Assembly (NCBI GenBank): GCA_021162365.1
Contig: JAGGYW010000014.1
Location: 2,518-66,517 of the forward strand
DNA length: 64,000 nt
Direction: 5' to 3'
DNA from: Nanobdellota archaeon
GTDB lineage: Archaea; Nanobdellota; Nanobdellia; CSSed11-243R1
Below are positions 41,012-50,207 of the stretch, one piece after another (position 1 is the first letter of the stretch; every line of letters starts with the position of its first letter). Position numbers and translations under genes: made by a program. A model generated the notes under the pieces. The model was not told where the DNA came from. It did no database searches and saw nothing but the letters and a program-made list of their open reading frames with translations.

Positions 41012-41104
41012 AGCCAACGGCGAGAAATAGCTAAATACCTAGTTGGGTCTTTCAACCCAATTCATTGGTGATTACAGTGAACATGATGATTCTCGCCATT
41101 TGGC
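41012..41104 (-). promoter_or_regulatory. Structured RNA element immediately upstream of the dnaG Shine-Dalgarno
   Basis: Outer stem GCCAA.TGGCGAGAA/TTCTCGCCG.TTGGC; inner hairpin TTGGGTT-GAAA-GACCCAA; G-U pairs work only on the minus strand. Confidence 0.5.
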
Positions 41105-41131
41105 GCTTTAATTATGATTTTGGTAAGGTGT

Positions 41132-41272
41132 GAATATGATGGCCCGCAACTATCCGACTATCACGTGTCAAGTCAGCACCTTCGCGGGCCAAATATATCA
41201 AGCAGGAGTATTCTACGCTCACCGCCGAAGCTCGTGCGAGCCTCTCACGTAGAGAACCGGCCTGCTTGATTA
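41132..41272 (-). ncRNA. Two-hairpin box H/ACA pseudouridylation guide RNA
   Basis: Each hairpin has a lower stem, internal pocket, upper stem, tandem GA K-turn/K-loop and an ATA box 15-16 nt from the pocket top; BRE/TATA GAAAGC-TTTATAAA near 41304-41317. Confidence 0.75.
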
Positions 41273-41462
41273 CGCCTTGCCACAACTATAGACACTACAT
41301 GCTTTTATAAAGCTTTCTATTAATTACTTTACAGGGACTACAATCACCATAACGTGTGGCGCCTTTCCCTTATTACAGGTTCATTTCTAACTTTCTTTTG
41401 GCTGGGCTTTTTTTTCTTTGATAAAACTTTCTTCCTTAGAAAGAATTTCTTTTCCATTAATA

Positions 41463-41509
41463 CCTTTCTCTCTTAGTACAGGTTCTCTCTTTTCTAAAGA
41501 GAGAAAGTG
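41463..41509 (-). repeat. Free-standing copy of the tripartite Y-R-R element found in tRNA introns
   Basis: Minus strand CACTTTCTCTCTTTAGAAAAGAGAGAA-CCTGTAC-TAAGAGAGAAAGG right after a stop codon; closest to the tRNA-Ser 59/60 intron; a degenerate second copy lies at ~41407-41446. Confidence 0.75.
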
Positions 41510-41510
41510 T

Positions 41511-42008
41511 TCACATGAAGCGCTGCATGTGGAAGAACGCCTTTACTTCGTTCTCTATGGTATGCATATCAGCAGCTACCTTCTCCTTCCATGTATCTAA
41601 GGTAGAACGATAGAAGTATGTATCATAAACACCCTTCAAAAACTTCATTAACGGGTTGGTTTCCCATCTATTTTCATAATCCGTCTGTATGAAACACTTT
41701 ATTTCCAACTCAATTGTACCAGAATTCTTTGTCGTTTGAACTCCTTCAACAACAACCTGCACCTTTTGCAAACCTAAAACAAGGGTCTTTGCAAAAATCC
41801 TAAATAAAGAGTAGTCATCAACTTTTTTATAACAATTCCATTCTATTTCTATCTCATCTCCTTCCGGCTTTGTTTTGTGTTTATACTTCTGCTCTTCAAC
41901 ATCATATCCTAAACTTCTAAACAAATCATAGAGAAGCCTATAGTAATCTCCGAAGTCAAAAATCCCAGTATATTTTGCACGCGCTTTTGTTACAGCTATT
42001 TCTTCCAT
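41511..42008 (-). CDS. Conserved hypothetical protein
   Basis: 165-aa ORF, KYTGIFDF..YY..LY...GYD..E..Y pattern, TDYENRWE. Confidence 0.7.
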   Translation of the reverse strand: MEEIAVTKARAKYTGIFDFGDYYRLLYDLFRSLGYDVEEQKYKHKTKPEGDEIEIEWNCYKKVDDYSLFRIFAKTLVLGLQKVQVVVEGVQTTKNSGTIELEIKCFIQTDYENRWETNPLMKFLKGVYDTYFYRSTLDTWKEKVAADMHTIENEVKAFFHMQRFM

Positions 42009-42011
42009 ATC

Positions 42012-42467
42012 TCAACCTCGCGGGTAATATGTTAATTTAAATGTAGGTTCTCTTATTTTAAGTTTTTCAATTAGCACATCTATTATACTTGGCTCAATTT
42101 TTAGTAAATCCTTCTCGCTTAATATACCTACCACTCTTCCTCCATCTACAACTGGCAGACGCTTAATGCCTTTTGAATTCATTAGTTTTGCAGCCGCGGA
42201 GATATCATCATTTGGCGAGATAGTAAGTACTTTTTTACTCATTATTTCCCTAACTTTTGTTTTTGTCGGATGCTTATTTTTTATGAAAGCCCTTCTTAAA
42301 ATGTCTCCTTCCGTAACTATCCCAACAAGTGTTCCCCTATCTAAAACCAATACCGAACCAATTTTGTTTCTTGCCATCAACCTTGCTGCTTTAGCGATGC
42401 TTGTATCTGGACTAACAAACTTTGGCTTTCTTGACATTACTTCTTTAGCTCTTATCTTATATCCCAT
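42012..42467 (-). CDS. CBS domain pair protein
   Basis: IGSVLV...LVGIVTEGD and IKRLPVV...VGILSEKD. Confidence 0.9.
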   Translation of the reverse strand: MGYKIRAKEVMSRKPKFVSPDTSIAKAARLMARNKIGSVLVLDRGTLVGIVTEGDILRRAFIKNKHPTKTKVREIMSKKVLTISPNDDISAAAKLMNSKGIKRLPVVDGGRVVGILSEKDLLKIEPSIIDVLIEKLKIREPTFKLTYYPRG

Positions 42468-42581
42468 ACATAATCAAAGTAGCGATTAATTAAAATAGTT
42501 GTCGCCAATAGAAAAGCTTAAAAAACATGCGATACTAAGATATTACTGTCTCTTATATTCACTATTCAAAAGGGGTGAAAA

Positions 42582-43307
42582 ATGGAAGATCCTGCAAAAC
42601 ATTTAGTTGAATTATACTTAAAGGCAAAAGTAATTCGCGTAAACGGAGATAAAGACCCATCAGATGAATACATACCAAACTCTGAAAAATTAAGATTAAA
42701 TTTCACAACACTTTTTAGCGAATACCCTCACGAACTTGCAAAGATTTTTGTCGAGGCAATATACAAAGAGGTATACAGAAAAATAGGTGTTGATGTGATC
42801 CTCGGCGTCGGAGACTCAGGAGTAACGTTGACCACTGCAAGTAATATGCTATCTGAAATGATAAGGGCAGATGAAATCGCAGGTGAAGAAATAAAAAATT
42901 ACAGGCATGTCGGCGTTTCAAAAACTGGGGAGATAAGGGGGGAATTAAAACCCAACGACAGGCTCTGCCCAATAGACGAAGTTGGTATAACCTATAACAC
43001 CCTAATACGTTGGCTTGGCTACATCTATGGTGCAGTAGATGGGATTGCCTATCCTGTCGTAATTGTTGGATGGGATTTAGGCTTACGCGACAAAGAAGGT
43101 ACATTATATAGAGAAAAAGCAGAGTTGAAGATAAATAAATATAATTCATCTAATGGCTATGAGAAAAAAGTCAAAATAATCCCAATAGCAACAACACAAG
43201 ATTTCTTGAACCATGATGATCTTGGCGAAAAGGAAAGAGAAGCTTTAGAAGATATTGTTAAAGATAAAGAATACTCACAACCAGTAAAAGCAAGAACAGT
43301 TGCCTAA
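42582..43307 (+). CDS. Type I phosphoribosyltransferase-fold protein (divergent PyrE-like)
   Basis: DVILGVGDSGVTL and a degenerate PRPP loop LCPIDEVGITYNT; SD GGGGTGA. Confidence 0.55.
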   Translation: MEDPAKHLVELYLKAKVIRVNGDKDPSDEYIPNSEKLRLNFTTLFSEYPHELAKIFVEAIYKEVYRKIGVDVILGVGDSGVTLTTASNMLSEMIRADEIAGEEIKNYRHVGVSKTGEIRGELKPNDRLCPIDEVGITYNTLIRWLGYIYGAVDGIAYPVVIVGWDLGLRDKEGTLYREKAELKINKYNSSNGYEKKVKIIPIATTQDFLNHDDLGEKEREALEDIVKDKEYSQPVKARTVA

Positions 43308-45208
43308 CGGATTCTTAATGCATCCAAATTTCTTGGTGCAGTTGTTTCAACTCTAAGTAACTTATGTACAGTTGATGCCAATTCCAAACACTTCGAGCTT
43401 TCACCATGCACAAATATAACTTTGCGTGGCTTTGGGTCTAAATGTTTCACATAGTTTATAAGCTGATTCCTATCTGAGTGACCTGAAAGCCCTTCCACAG
43501 AATACACACTTAATTTAACATCTACCATTTCCACTTTTCCGCCAAATGTTTCAACAGGAACTTGTTTTTCACCCCTCTGAACCCTTCGACCTAAAGTTCC
43601 TTCAGCCTGATACGAAACAAATACGATTGCATTCTTTTTATTTGGTGCAAGTTTTTGGAAATAATAAACACTCGAACCTCCAGTAAGCATACCAGAAGTT
43701 GCAATTATAATGCAGGGCTTCCTGCTGTTAATTAGTTTATCTCTTTCCTCTTGCGACCCAACTCTTACAAAGCAATCTGCAACAAAAGGATTTGCATCCT
43801 CACCAAAAATTTGCTTCTTAACATCTCTATTCATAAATTCTGGGTAGGTGGTGTGAATTGCAGTCACATCCCAAACCATACCATCAACATAAACTTTAAC
43901 CTCGGGGATTTTCTTCTCACGCATAGCTTCTTCTACAATTAACATAACTTCCTGCGCCCTCCCAACCCCAAGAACTGGTATCAAAACCTTCCCTTTATTT
44001 TCAATTGTTGATTTGATAATGTCAATAAGTTGGTTCTCACATTCCTCCCTGCTTGGCTGCGTATCTTCTTTTGCACCATAAGTTGACTCCATCATTAGTG
44101 TCTCAACTCTCGTAAACTTCGTCAGCGCTGGCTCCAACAATTTTGTCCTTGCATACTTGAAGTCGCCAGTATAAAGGTAATTATGATATCCGTTTCCAAT
44201 GTTTAAATGAACAAGAGAGCTCCCAAGAACATGTCCTGCGTTATGTAAAGTTAACCTAACATCAGCAGTTATATCAGTAACCTCATCATAGTCAAGGGTA
44301 ATTGTGTTTTTAATCATCTCTTTTATCTCACGACTTGTATACTCCGGCTTTCTTCCAGTCCGTTGGATAACATCAATATAATCAAGCTGAAGCAAAGTCA
44401 TAATATCTCTCGTTGGCTCTGTAGAATAAACAGGTCCTTTATACCCATATTTGAAAAGCAATGGCACTGCTCCACTATGATCTAAATGGGCGTGAGAAAC
44501 GACAACTGCATCAATCTTGTGAATATCGAATTCAGGCGCATCAAAATGTGGAAATGCATTTTCTGTTGAAGCAACATTTATGCCACAATCAAGCAAAACA
44601 TTCGATAGTGGAGTCTGCAAAAGCATACAGCTCCTTCCAACTTCCCTACCTGCACCAAGAATGGAAACACGAATCCAATAGTTAGAATCCCTCTCCCACT
44701 TAGTCATGTAAATTTTCTTCCCAATTTTGTTCATAAAATCCCTACGATATTCTGAATTCTGGAAAAGAGTATACCTAATTGTTTTTATTAAATCAGATTG
44801 GATTACTGGAGCGCGTCTTATCTTTGGAACCCACAACGTTTGCTTTCTAATTTCATTCATCACTTGCCCTTCTTTACCAATTGCCAATCCTGGCTTGCGC
44901 GCTTCAATAAAGGCAATAGAACGCTTATAATCAAACCACGCTTCTTCCAAGCCAGCTTCCTTAGGAACAATTTTGTTTATTATTTCTTGAGTTTCTTCAG
45001 GCGGAACAAGCATAGAAGGATCCATTCTTAACTCTACTCTTTTCTTTACTTTGTTCACAATGTTCCTAATTATCTCCTTCGAATCAAGGAAGAAATCCTT
45101 ATTTTTTGTATATAATACAATATTTGCCCCTTCATACATTATGTCACTAATGTTTGCTTCCGGAGGTAATTCTTCCTTGATTTGCTTTAAGATATCTCCA
45201 TTCTTCAT
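43304..45208 (-). CDS. fttA: aCPSF1 (FttA) KH + beta-CASP ribonuclease
   Basis: N-terminal KH domains, GREVGRSC, SHAHLDH, AGHVLGS, SGHSD, VHGE; adjacent to psmB. Confidence 0.95.
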   Translation of the reverse strand: MKNGDILKQIKEELPPEANISDIMYEGANIVLYTKNKDFFLDSKEIIRNIVNKVKKRVELRMDPSMLVPPEETQEIINKIVPKEAGLEEAWFDYKRSIAFIEARKPGLAIGKEGQVMNEIRKQTLWVPKIRRAPVIQSDLIKTIRYTLFQNSEYRRDFMNKIGKKIYMTKWERDSNYWIRVSILGAGREVGRSCMLLQTPLSNVLLDCGINVASTENAFPHFDAPEFDIHKIDAVVVSHAHLDHSGAVPLLFKYGYKGPVYSTEPTRDIMTLLQLDYIDVIQRTGRKPEYTSREIKEMIKNTITLDYDEVTDITADVRLTLHNAGHVLGSSLVHLNIGNGYHNYLYTGDFKYARTKLLEPALTKFTRVETLMMESTYGAKEDTQPSREECENQLIDIIKSTIENKGKVLIPVLGVGRAQEVMLIVEEAMREKKIPEVKVYVDGMVWDVTAIHTTYPEFMNRDVKKQIFGEDANPFVADCFVRVGSQEERDKLINSRKPCIIIATSGMLTGGSSVYYFQKLAPNKKNAIVFVSYQAEGTLGRRVQRGEKQVPVETFGGKVEMVDVKLSVYSVEGLSGHSDRNQLINYVKHLDPKPRKVIFVHGESSKCLELASTVHKLLRVETTAPRNLDALRIR

Positions 45209-45225
45209 TATTATCACAGAAAAAT

Positions 45226-45861
45226 TTACTTGCTAACAATCTTTTGAATCTCTTCCTTTGGAACTTTTGAAATTCCTTTCTTAGTTATTGTGTAGACATC
45301 AATGCCTTCACCAGTTGCTATGTCCCTTGCCATGGCTGCTTTAATTGCTCTAGCTGCAATATGAATTCCTTCCTTAAGTGAAATACCGTCTTTGTAATTA
45401 TCCTCTAAAACACCATATGCCATTACACTACCACTACCAGTTGAGATGTATTTGTCTTCAAGGTTACTACCATCTGGTCCAAGAGAATAAAGATGATATC
45501 CTGTTTCATCGACTCCGGCTAAGAGAAGTTGTACATAAAAAGGTATGCTAAACCTATTGCTATATAGGATGTTTGCTAGCAAAGTGGATGCTGCTTTTAC
45601 AGTAATCTTCTTATTTTTCCTTATCTCATACAACTCAAGCTCTGCCTTTAAGTACTTAGCTAACATCTGTGCATCGCCAACCATCCCCGCTGTTGTCATA
45701 AGAATCCTGTCAGTAATCTCCACAACTTTATCCACATTTTTGTGAGCAACAAGGTATCCCATAGTCGCTCTCTTATCTGCAGCAACAACTACTCCTTCCT
45801 TTGTAACAATCCCTACAGTAGTTGTGCCATGTTTCATTTCGTCTTTTGATATGCCCTCCAT
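45226..45861 (-). CDS. psmB: Proteasome subunit beta
   Basis: Short propeptide followed by G-TTTVG, AADKRAT, TGSGS. Confidence 0.95.
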   Translation of the reverse strand: MEGISKDEMKHGTTTVGIVTKEGVVVAADKRATMGYLVAHKNVDKVVEITDRILMTTAGMVGDAQMLAKYLKAELELYEIRKNKKITVKAASTLLANILYSNRFSIPFYVQLLLAGVDETGYHLYSLGPDGSNLEDKYISTGSGSVMAYGVLEDNYKDGISLKEGIHIAARAIKAAMARDIATGEGIDVYTITKKGISKVPKEEIQKIVSK

Positions 45862-45962
45862 AGTATCAACCAGAACTGATAGGAATTAAATCGTAGTGTA
45901 GGTTTATAAATCTTTTTGTTTGTTTGCAAAACATTATAAACAATAATAGAATTTTCTAATTC

Positions 45963-47237
45963 ATGCTTGACATTAAGTTATTTAGGGAGAACCCAGAGCT
46001 AATAAAAGAATCTGAGAGGAAGAGGTTCAAAGATACAAAAAATGTAGACAAAGTAATAGAATATGACACTAAATGGAGAGAAGTCATCGCAGAACTTCAG
46101 GAACTACAACATAAGCAAAACGAGGTATCAAAAGAAATTATTGAACTAAAGAAAAAAGGGGACAGTGCAGAAAAAAAGATTTCTCTCATGAAGAATATCA
46201 CAAATGAAATTGCACTCTTGGAAGACAAGGCAAGAGAACTCTTGCAAAAAAGGGATGAATATAGATATAAGGTTGGCAACATCCTCCATGAAAGTGTGCC
46301 GGTGGCAGAAACAGAAGAAGGAAATGTCACAGTTAGAACATGGGGAGAACCACGAAAGTTTGAGTTTACACCTAAATCCCATGCAGATTTAATCATAGAT
46401 TTGGGGATAGCTGATGTAGAAAAGGCCTCAAAAATTGTTGGATCGCGATTCTACTTCCTAAAGGAAAAAGGAGTTTTGCTAAATCTTGCACTAATACGAT
46501 TTGCATTTGACACCCTCATCAAAGAAGGGTTCACTCCCATGTGGACCCCATTTTTATTAAGAAAAAGTTATATGAAAGGTGCTGCCGAGCTTGGAGATTT
46601 TGACGAGCAGCTTTATGCAATCCAAGATGAAAACTGGTACTTAATTGCAACAACAGAACAGCCCCTCGCATCATATCACTCAAACGAAGTAATAGATGAA
46701 AAGGATTTACCAATCAAGTATGTCGGATACTCGACAAACTTTAGAAAAGAAGCAGGCAGCCATGGGAAGGACACAAAAGGAATATTTAGAGTCCACCAGT
46801 TTGACAAAGTCGAGCAGTATGTTATATGCAAGCCATATGACTCCTGGGACTGGCATGAAAAGATGATAAAAATCACCGAAAAAATTTTCCAAGCTCTTGA
46901 GATACCATATAGAATTGTAAATATTGCAAGTGGGGAAATGAATGACAACGGCGCTAAAAAATATGACCTAGAAGGATGGTTCCCAAGCCAAAACAAATAT
47001 CGGGAGCTGGGTTCTGCTACAAATACAACTGATTATCAGGCAAGAAAATTAAACATAAAATTTGGTAAAGTTGGTGGTAAAAAAGAATATGTTCACACAT
47101 TAAACAATACAGCAATTGCAACCGAGAGGGCAATTTGTGCTCTACTTGAAAATCACCAGCAAGAAGATGGAAGTGTAAAAATACCTAAGGCTCTCTGGGA
47201 ATACACTGGGTTCAAAGAGCTGGTGCCAAATGAATAA
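45963..47237 (+). CDS. serS: Serine--tRNA ligase
   Basis: MLDIK, N-terminal coiled coil, FRKEAG, GIFRVHQFDKVEQ, HTLNNTA..TER. Confidence 0.95.
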   Translation: MLDIKLFRENPELIKESERKRFKDTKNVDKVIEYDTKWREVIAELQELQHKQNEVSKEIIELKKKGDSAEKKISLMKNITNEIALLEDKARELLQKRDEYRYKVGNILHESVPVAETEEGNVTVRTWGEPRKFEFTPKSHADLIIDLGIADVEKASKIVGSRFYFLKEKGVLLNLALIRFAFDTLIKEGFTPMWTPFLLRKSYMKGAAELGDFDEQLYAIQDENWYLIATTEQPLASYHSNEVIDEKDLPIKYVGYSTNFRKEAGSHGKDTKGIFRVHQFDKVEQYVICKPYDSWDWHEKMIKITEKIFQALEIPYRIVNIASGEMNDNGAKKYDLEGWFPSQNKYRELGSATNTTDYQARKLNIKFGKVGGKKEYVHTLNNTAIATERAICALLENHQQEDGSVKIPKALWEYTGFKELVPNE

Positions 47238-47385
47238 AAAGGGTGCAATAAATGAAATTTTGGTAATTGTCTTACTTGTTGTTGTTCTAGCTGTAGTTGT
47301 TGTATTGTGGCTCACATGGGGAAAACTCGGTAAAGAAACAGGTGAGGGATTAAACAACTTATTTGAAATGTTGTGGAACAAATAG
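47230..47385 (+). CDS. Small class III signal peptide (pilin-like) protein, 51 aa
   Basis: Below the ORF-track cutoff; MNKKG-AINEILVIVLLVVVLAVVVVLW. Confidence 0.65.
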   Translation: MNKKGAINEILVIVLLVVVLAVVVVLWLTWGKLGKETGEGLNNLFEMLWNK

Positions 47386-47416
47386 TTTTAAAAAAGCACT
47401 TTTTCTAACGAATATT

Positions 47417-48955
47417 ATGAAATACGTACCAGATACATCTGCTATCATAGATGGTGTATTGTCAAAAAAAATTGAGAAAAAGGAAATAAAAGAAGCAGTT
47501 ATCTTAGTCCATAATGCTGTCCTTGCAGAGCTAGAAGCACAGGCAAACTACGGAAGAGAAGTGGGCTTTCTTGGTCTAGAAGAACTGCAACGCCTTAAAG
47601 AAATATCAAAGAAAAATAAGAAAATTGAACTAAAGTATGTTGGAGAACGCCCTAAAGAATTTGAGATAAAATATGCAAAAGCAGGCGAGATAGACGCAAT
47701 GATAAGGGAACTCGCCCTAAAAGAAGACGCGTACTTCGTCACCCTTGACAAAGTTGATGCAGAAGCTGCAAAAGCTCAAGGGATAAAAGTAATCTTCATA
47801 GAAACTGAAACAATAGCTGAAAAACCCCTTTCTTTTGAAAAGTTGTTTGACAACAAAACTATGTCTATTCACCTAAGAGAAGGAATGGTCCCAATTGCAA
47901 AAAAAGGAGAGCCAGGGAACTGGACAATGGTCAAAGTTGGAAAGAAAAAACTTGAGAAAGAAGAAATGGAAGCCATAGCAAAAGAAATCATCGAGAGGGG
48001 CAAAATGAACCTTCCAGGCTCATTTATAGAAACAGAAAGAAAAAGAAGCACGATCGCACAGATAAAAAATTATAGAATCGTAATTACAAAACCCCCATTC
48101 TCGGATGGATGGGAAATAACAATCGTTAGACCAATTAAAAAACTCTCACTCTCAGATTACAATCTACCTAAAAAATTAATAAAAAGATTTGAAACAAACG
48201 CGGCGGGCATCTTAATCTCTGGAGCTCCCGGACATGGAAAAACTACATTCGCGGAAGCACTTGCAGAGTTCTATATGAAAAAAGAAAAAGTAGTAAAAAC
48301 AGTTGAGGCACCAAGAGACTTAAGACTTCCTGTTGAGATAACACAATATAGCAAAGCATTAGGGAGCATAGATGAAATAAGGGATGTTTTATTGTTAAGC
48401 AGGCCAGACTACACAATATTTGATGAAATGAGAAACAATCAAGACTTCTTGCTCTATGCAGACCTACGGCTCGCGGGAGTTGGGATGATTGGAGTAGTTC
48501 ATGCAACATCACCAATCGACTCAATCCAAAGATTCGTAAAAAGGGTGGAGCTTGGTATGATACCTTCAATAGTTGACACAGTAATCTTCATAGAGAACGG
48601 ACAAATCGCAAAAGTATATTCCCTAAACATGGCTGTAAAAGTGCCTACAGGCATGACTGAGAGCGACTTAGCTCGCCCATTAGTAGAAATACGTGACTTC
48701 TTTACAGGAGAAATAGAATATGAGATGTATTCTTATGGCGAGGAAACTGTTGTTGTTCCAGTAACCCCTAAAAAAGGTATTGAAGACATGCTCAAAAAAG
48801 AATTGAGAATGGACGTTGATATAAAAATAAAAGAAGGTGTTGTGTATATATACGCGCGGAAAAACCAAGTTAAAAGAATTCTTGGGCGTGGTGGAAAAAG
48901 GATAAGAAACTTAGAAAGAAGAGTTGGAATGCCCATAGAAGTAATCACACAGTGA
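47417..48955 (+). CDS. PINA-type PIN domain + ATPase + KH protein
   Basis: YVPDTSAIIDG PIN start, ELEAQAN, GAPGHGKTTF, RPDYTIFDEMR, C-terminal ILGRGG KH motif. Confidence 0.9.
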   Translation: MKYVPDTSAIIDGVLSKKIEKKEIKEAVILVHNAVLAELEAQANYGREVGFLGLEELQRLKEISKKNKKIELKYVGERPKEFEIKYAKAGEIDAMIRELALKEDAYFVTLDKVDAEAAKAQGIKVIFIETETIAEKPLSFEKLFDNKTMSIHLREGMVPIAKKGEPGNWTMVKVGKKKLEKEEMEAIAKEIIERGKMNLPGSFIETERKRSTIAQIKNYRIVITKPPFSDGWEITIVRPIKKLSLSDYNLPKKLIKRFETNAAGILISGAPGHGKTTFAEALAEFYMKKEKVVKTVEAPRDLRLPVEITQYSKALGSIDEIRDVLLLSRPDYTIFDEMRNNQDFLLYADLRLAGVGMIGVVHATSPIDSIQRFVKRVELGMIPSIVDTVIFIENGQIAKVYSLNMAVKVPTGMTESDLARPLVEIRDFFTGEIEYEMYSYGEETVVVPVTPKKGIEDMLKKELRMDVDIKIKEGVVYIYARKNQVKRILGRGGKRIRNLERRVGMPIEVITQ

Positions 48956-49913
48956 AGTAATCATCCCACTTGTTCCTATCTTTCCCCTCATGTTCCCTCC
49001 TAGGAACCGAACTTGCCATGTTTTCCCTTGCAGCTACGTTTGCAACATATTTCATTATTTTTTTAATGGGGTCTCCATCTCCAATCAAATAATATTCATA
49101 CCCCCACGACTTCCTATTAAATGCTAACTCCCCATCTCTCACCATATCCTCTTTCACTAAGGTTAAATATTGTTCAGCCACATCACGTAGCTCCGGTATA
49201 GAAAGAGTTCCCATAAGAAAATCATTGAGTTTATTATAAAGTGCAACAGATCTTGCAGCAAGATATACAACAACATCTTCAAAATTATCTTCTATCGTCC
49301 TCTTAGACGAGATGTCAGGTAACTCAAACTCTTTCTCAAATTCACTAACTCTCTTCTTCCTAATCTCTAAATTATTCAATATGTATTGAGTGTGCTCACC
49401 TATGACATCTAAAAGAGTGGCATACTCATTCTTTGGATTATCTAACTTAACTACATCAACAACAACATCCTTCTCAAGGAATATCCATATATCTGGGTCC
49501 CCAACAACTATCTTCCCACCATCACTAAGCAAAGATTCCAATTCTCTAATCCTAGACAGCTGTTCTCTCAAAAGATTGGACGACTGGAGGTATAATTCGT
49601 CTAAATAGGATGGGTCTATCTTGTCCTTAACGGATTTCTCGCCAAAGACAGAATTCATCTTTTTCCTAATAATACCCATAAAAGTATCAGGGCCATATAA
49701 ATCAGTCAAGAACAACTCCTCGTCCTGAAGATATATAGAAACACCCTTATAACTTAAGCTAACTATCCCCAGTTCTAGTTTAGCTCTCTCCACTACTGCT
49801 GGATTAAAGGTATCCGCAGTATCCCGCATAATATTATTTATTCTATCAAGAGATCTTCCTGCAACCTCTAGCGGAGAGTATAAGAGCATTTTAGCTCTTT
49901 CAAAATAATTCAT
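48945..49913 (-). CDS. Hypothetical protein
   Basis: 322-aa ORF with SD AGGTG; no recognised motif. Confidence 0.6.
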   Translation of the reverse strand: MNYFERAKMLLYSPLEVAGRSLDRINNIMRDTADTFNPAVVERAKLELGIVSLSYKGVSIYLQDEELFLTDLYGPDTFMGIIRKKMNSVFGEKSVKDKIDPSYLDELYLQSSNLLREQLSRIRELESLLSDGGKIVVGDPDIWIFLEKDVVVDVVKLDNPKNEYATLLDVIGEHTQYILNNLEIRKKRVSEFEKEFELPDISSKRTIEDNFEDVVVYLAARSVALYNKLNDFLMGTLSIPELRDVAEQYLTLVKEDMVRDGELAFNRKSWGYEYYLIGDGDPIKKIMKYVANVAARENMASSVPRREHEGKDRNKWDDYFTV

Positions 49914-50008
49914 AGTTACACCTGTAATTACTATATAGTAGTTGCTTAAAAAGATTTCGGTGTAGTAAGTGTTAAATAATCAGATTAACTAATATTCAGT
50001 GGTGATGT

Positions 50009-50203
50009 ATGATGGCCCCAAGTACAAAAGAAAAAAAGATAGAGGCGCTAGTTAAGAAGATAGTATTCTTAGAAGAATATGAAAAAACACTTAAGAAGCA
50101 TAGGAAAACAATCGATAAAAAAATATACAAAAAATTGAAGGATAGCTTAGAAAAAACTAAAAAGAAAGCTGAAAAAGAAATTGCCAAATACAGCAAGAGG
50201 TGA
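50009..50203 (+). CDS. Small basic helical hypothetical protein
   Basis: 64-aa ORF with SD GGTGA. Confidence 0.55.
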   Translation: MMAPSTKEKKIEALVKKIVFLEEYEKTLKKHRKTIDKKIYKKLKDSLEKTKKKAEKEIAKYSKR

Positions 50204-50207
50204 TAGT

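Noticed and set aside
41000..41290. GC-rich structured region as RNase P RNA or a C/D box RNA
   Set aside because: No GAGGAAAGUCC-type P4 motif on either strand; the single ATGATGA on the plus strand has no matching CTGA box, and wobble pairs favour the minus strand
41344..41457. 37-aa basic ORF MEKKFFLRKKVLSKKKK... on the minus strand
   Set aside because: Largely made of a degenerate copy of the purine-rich repeat, with no recognisable family; coding status is unsupported
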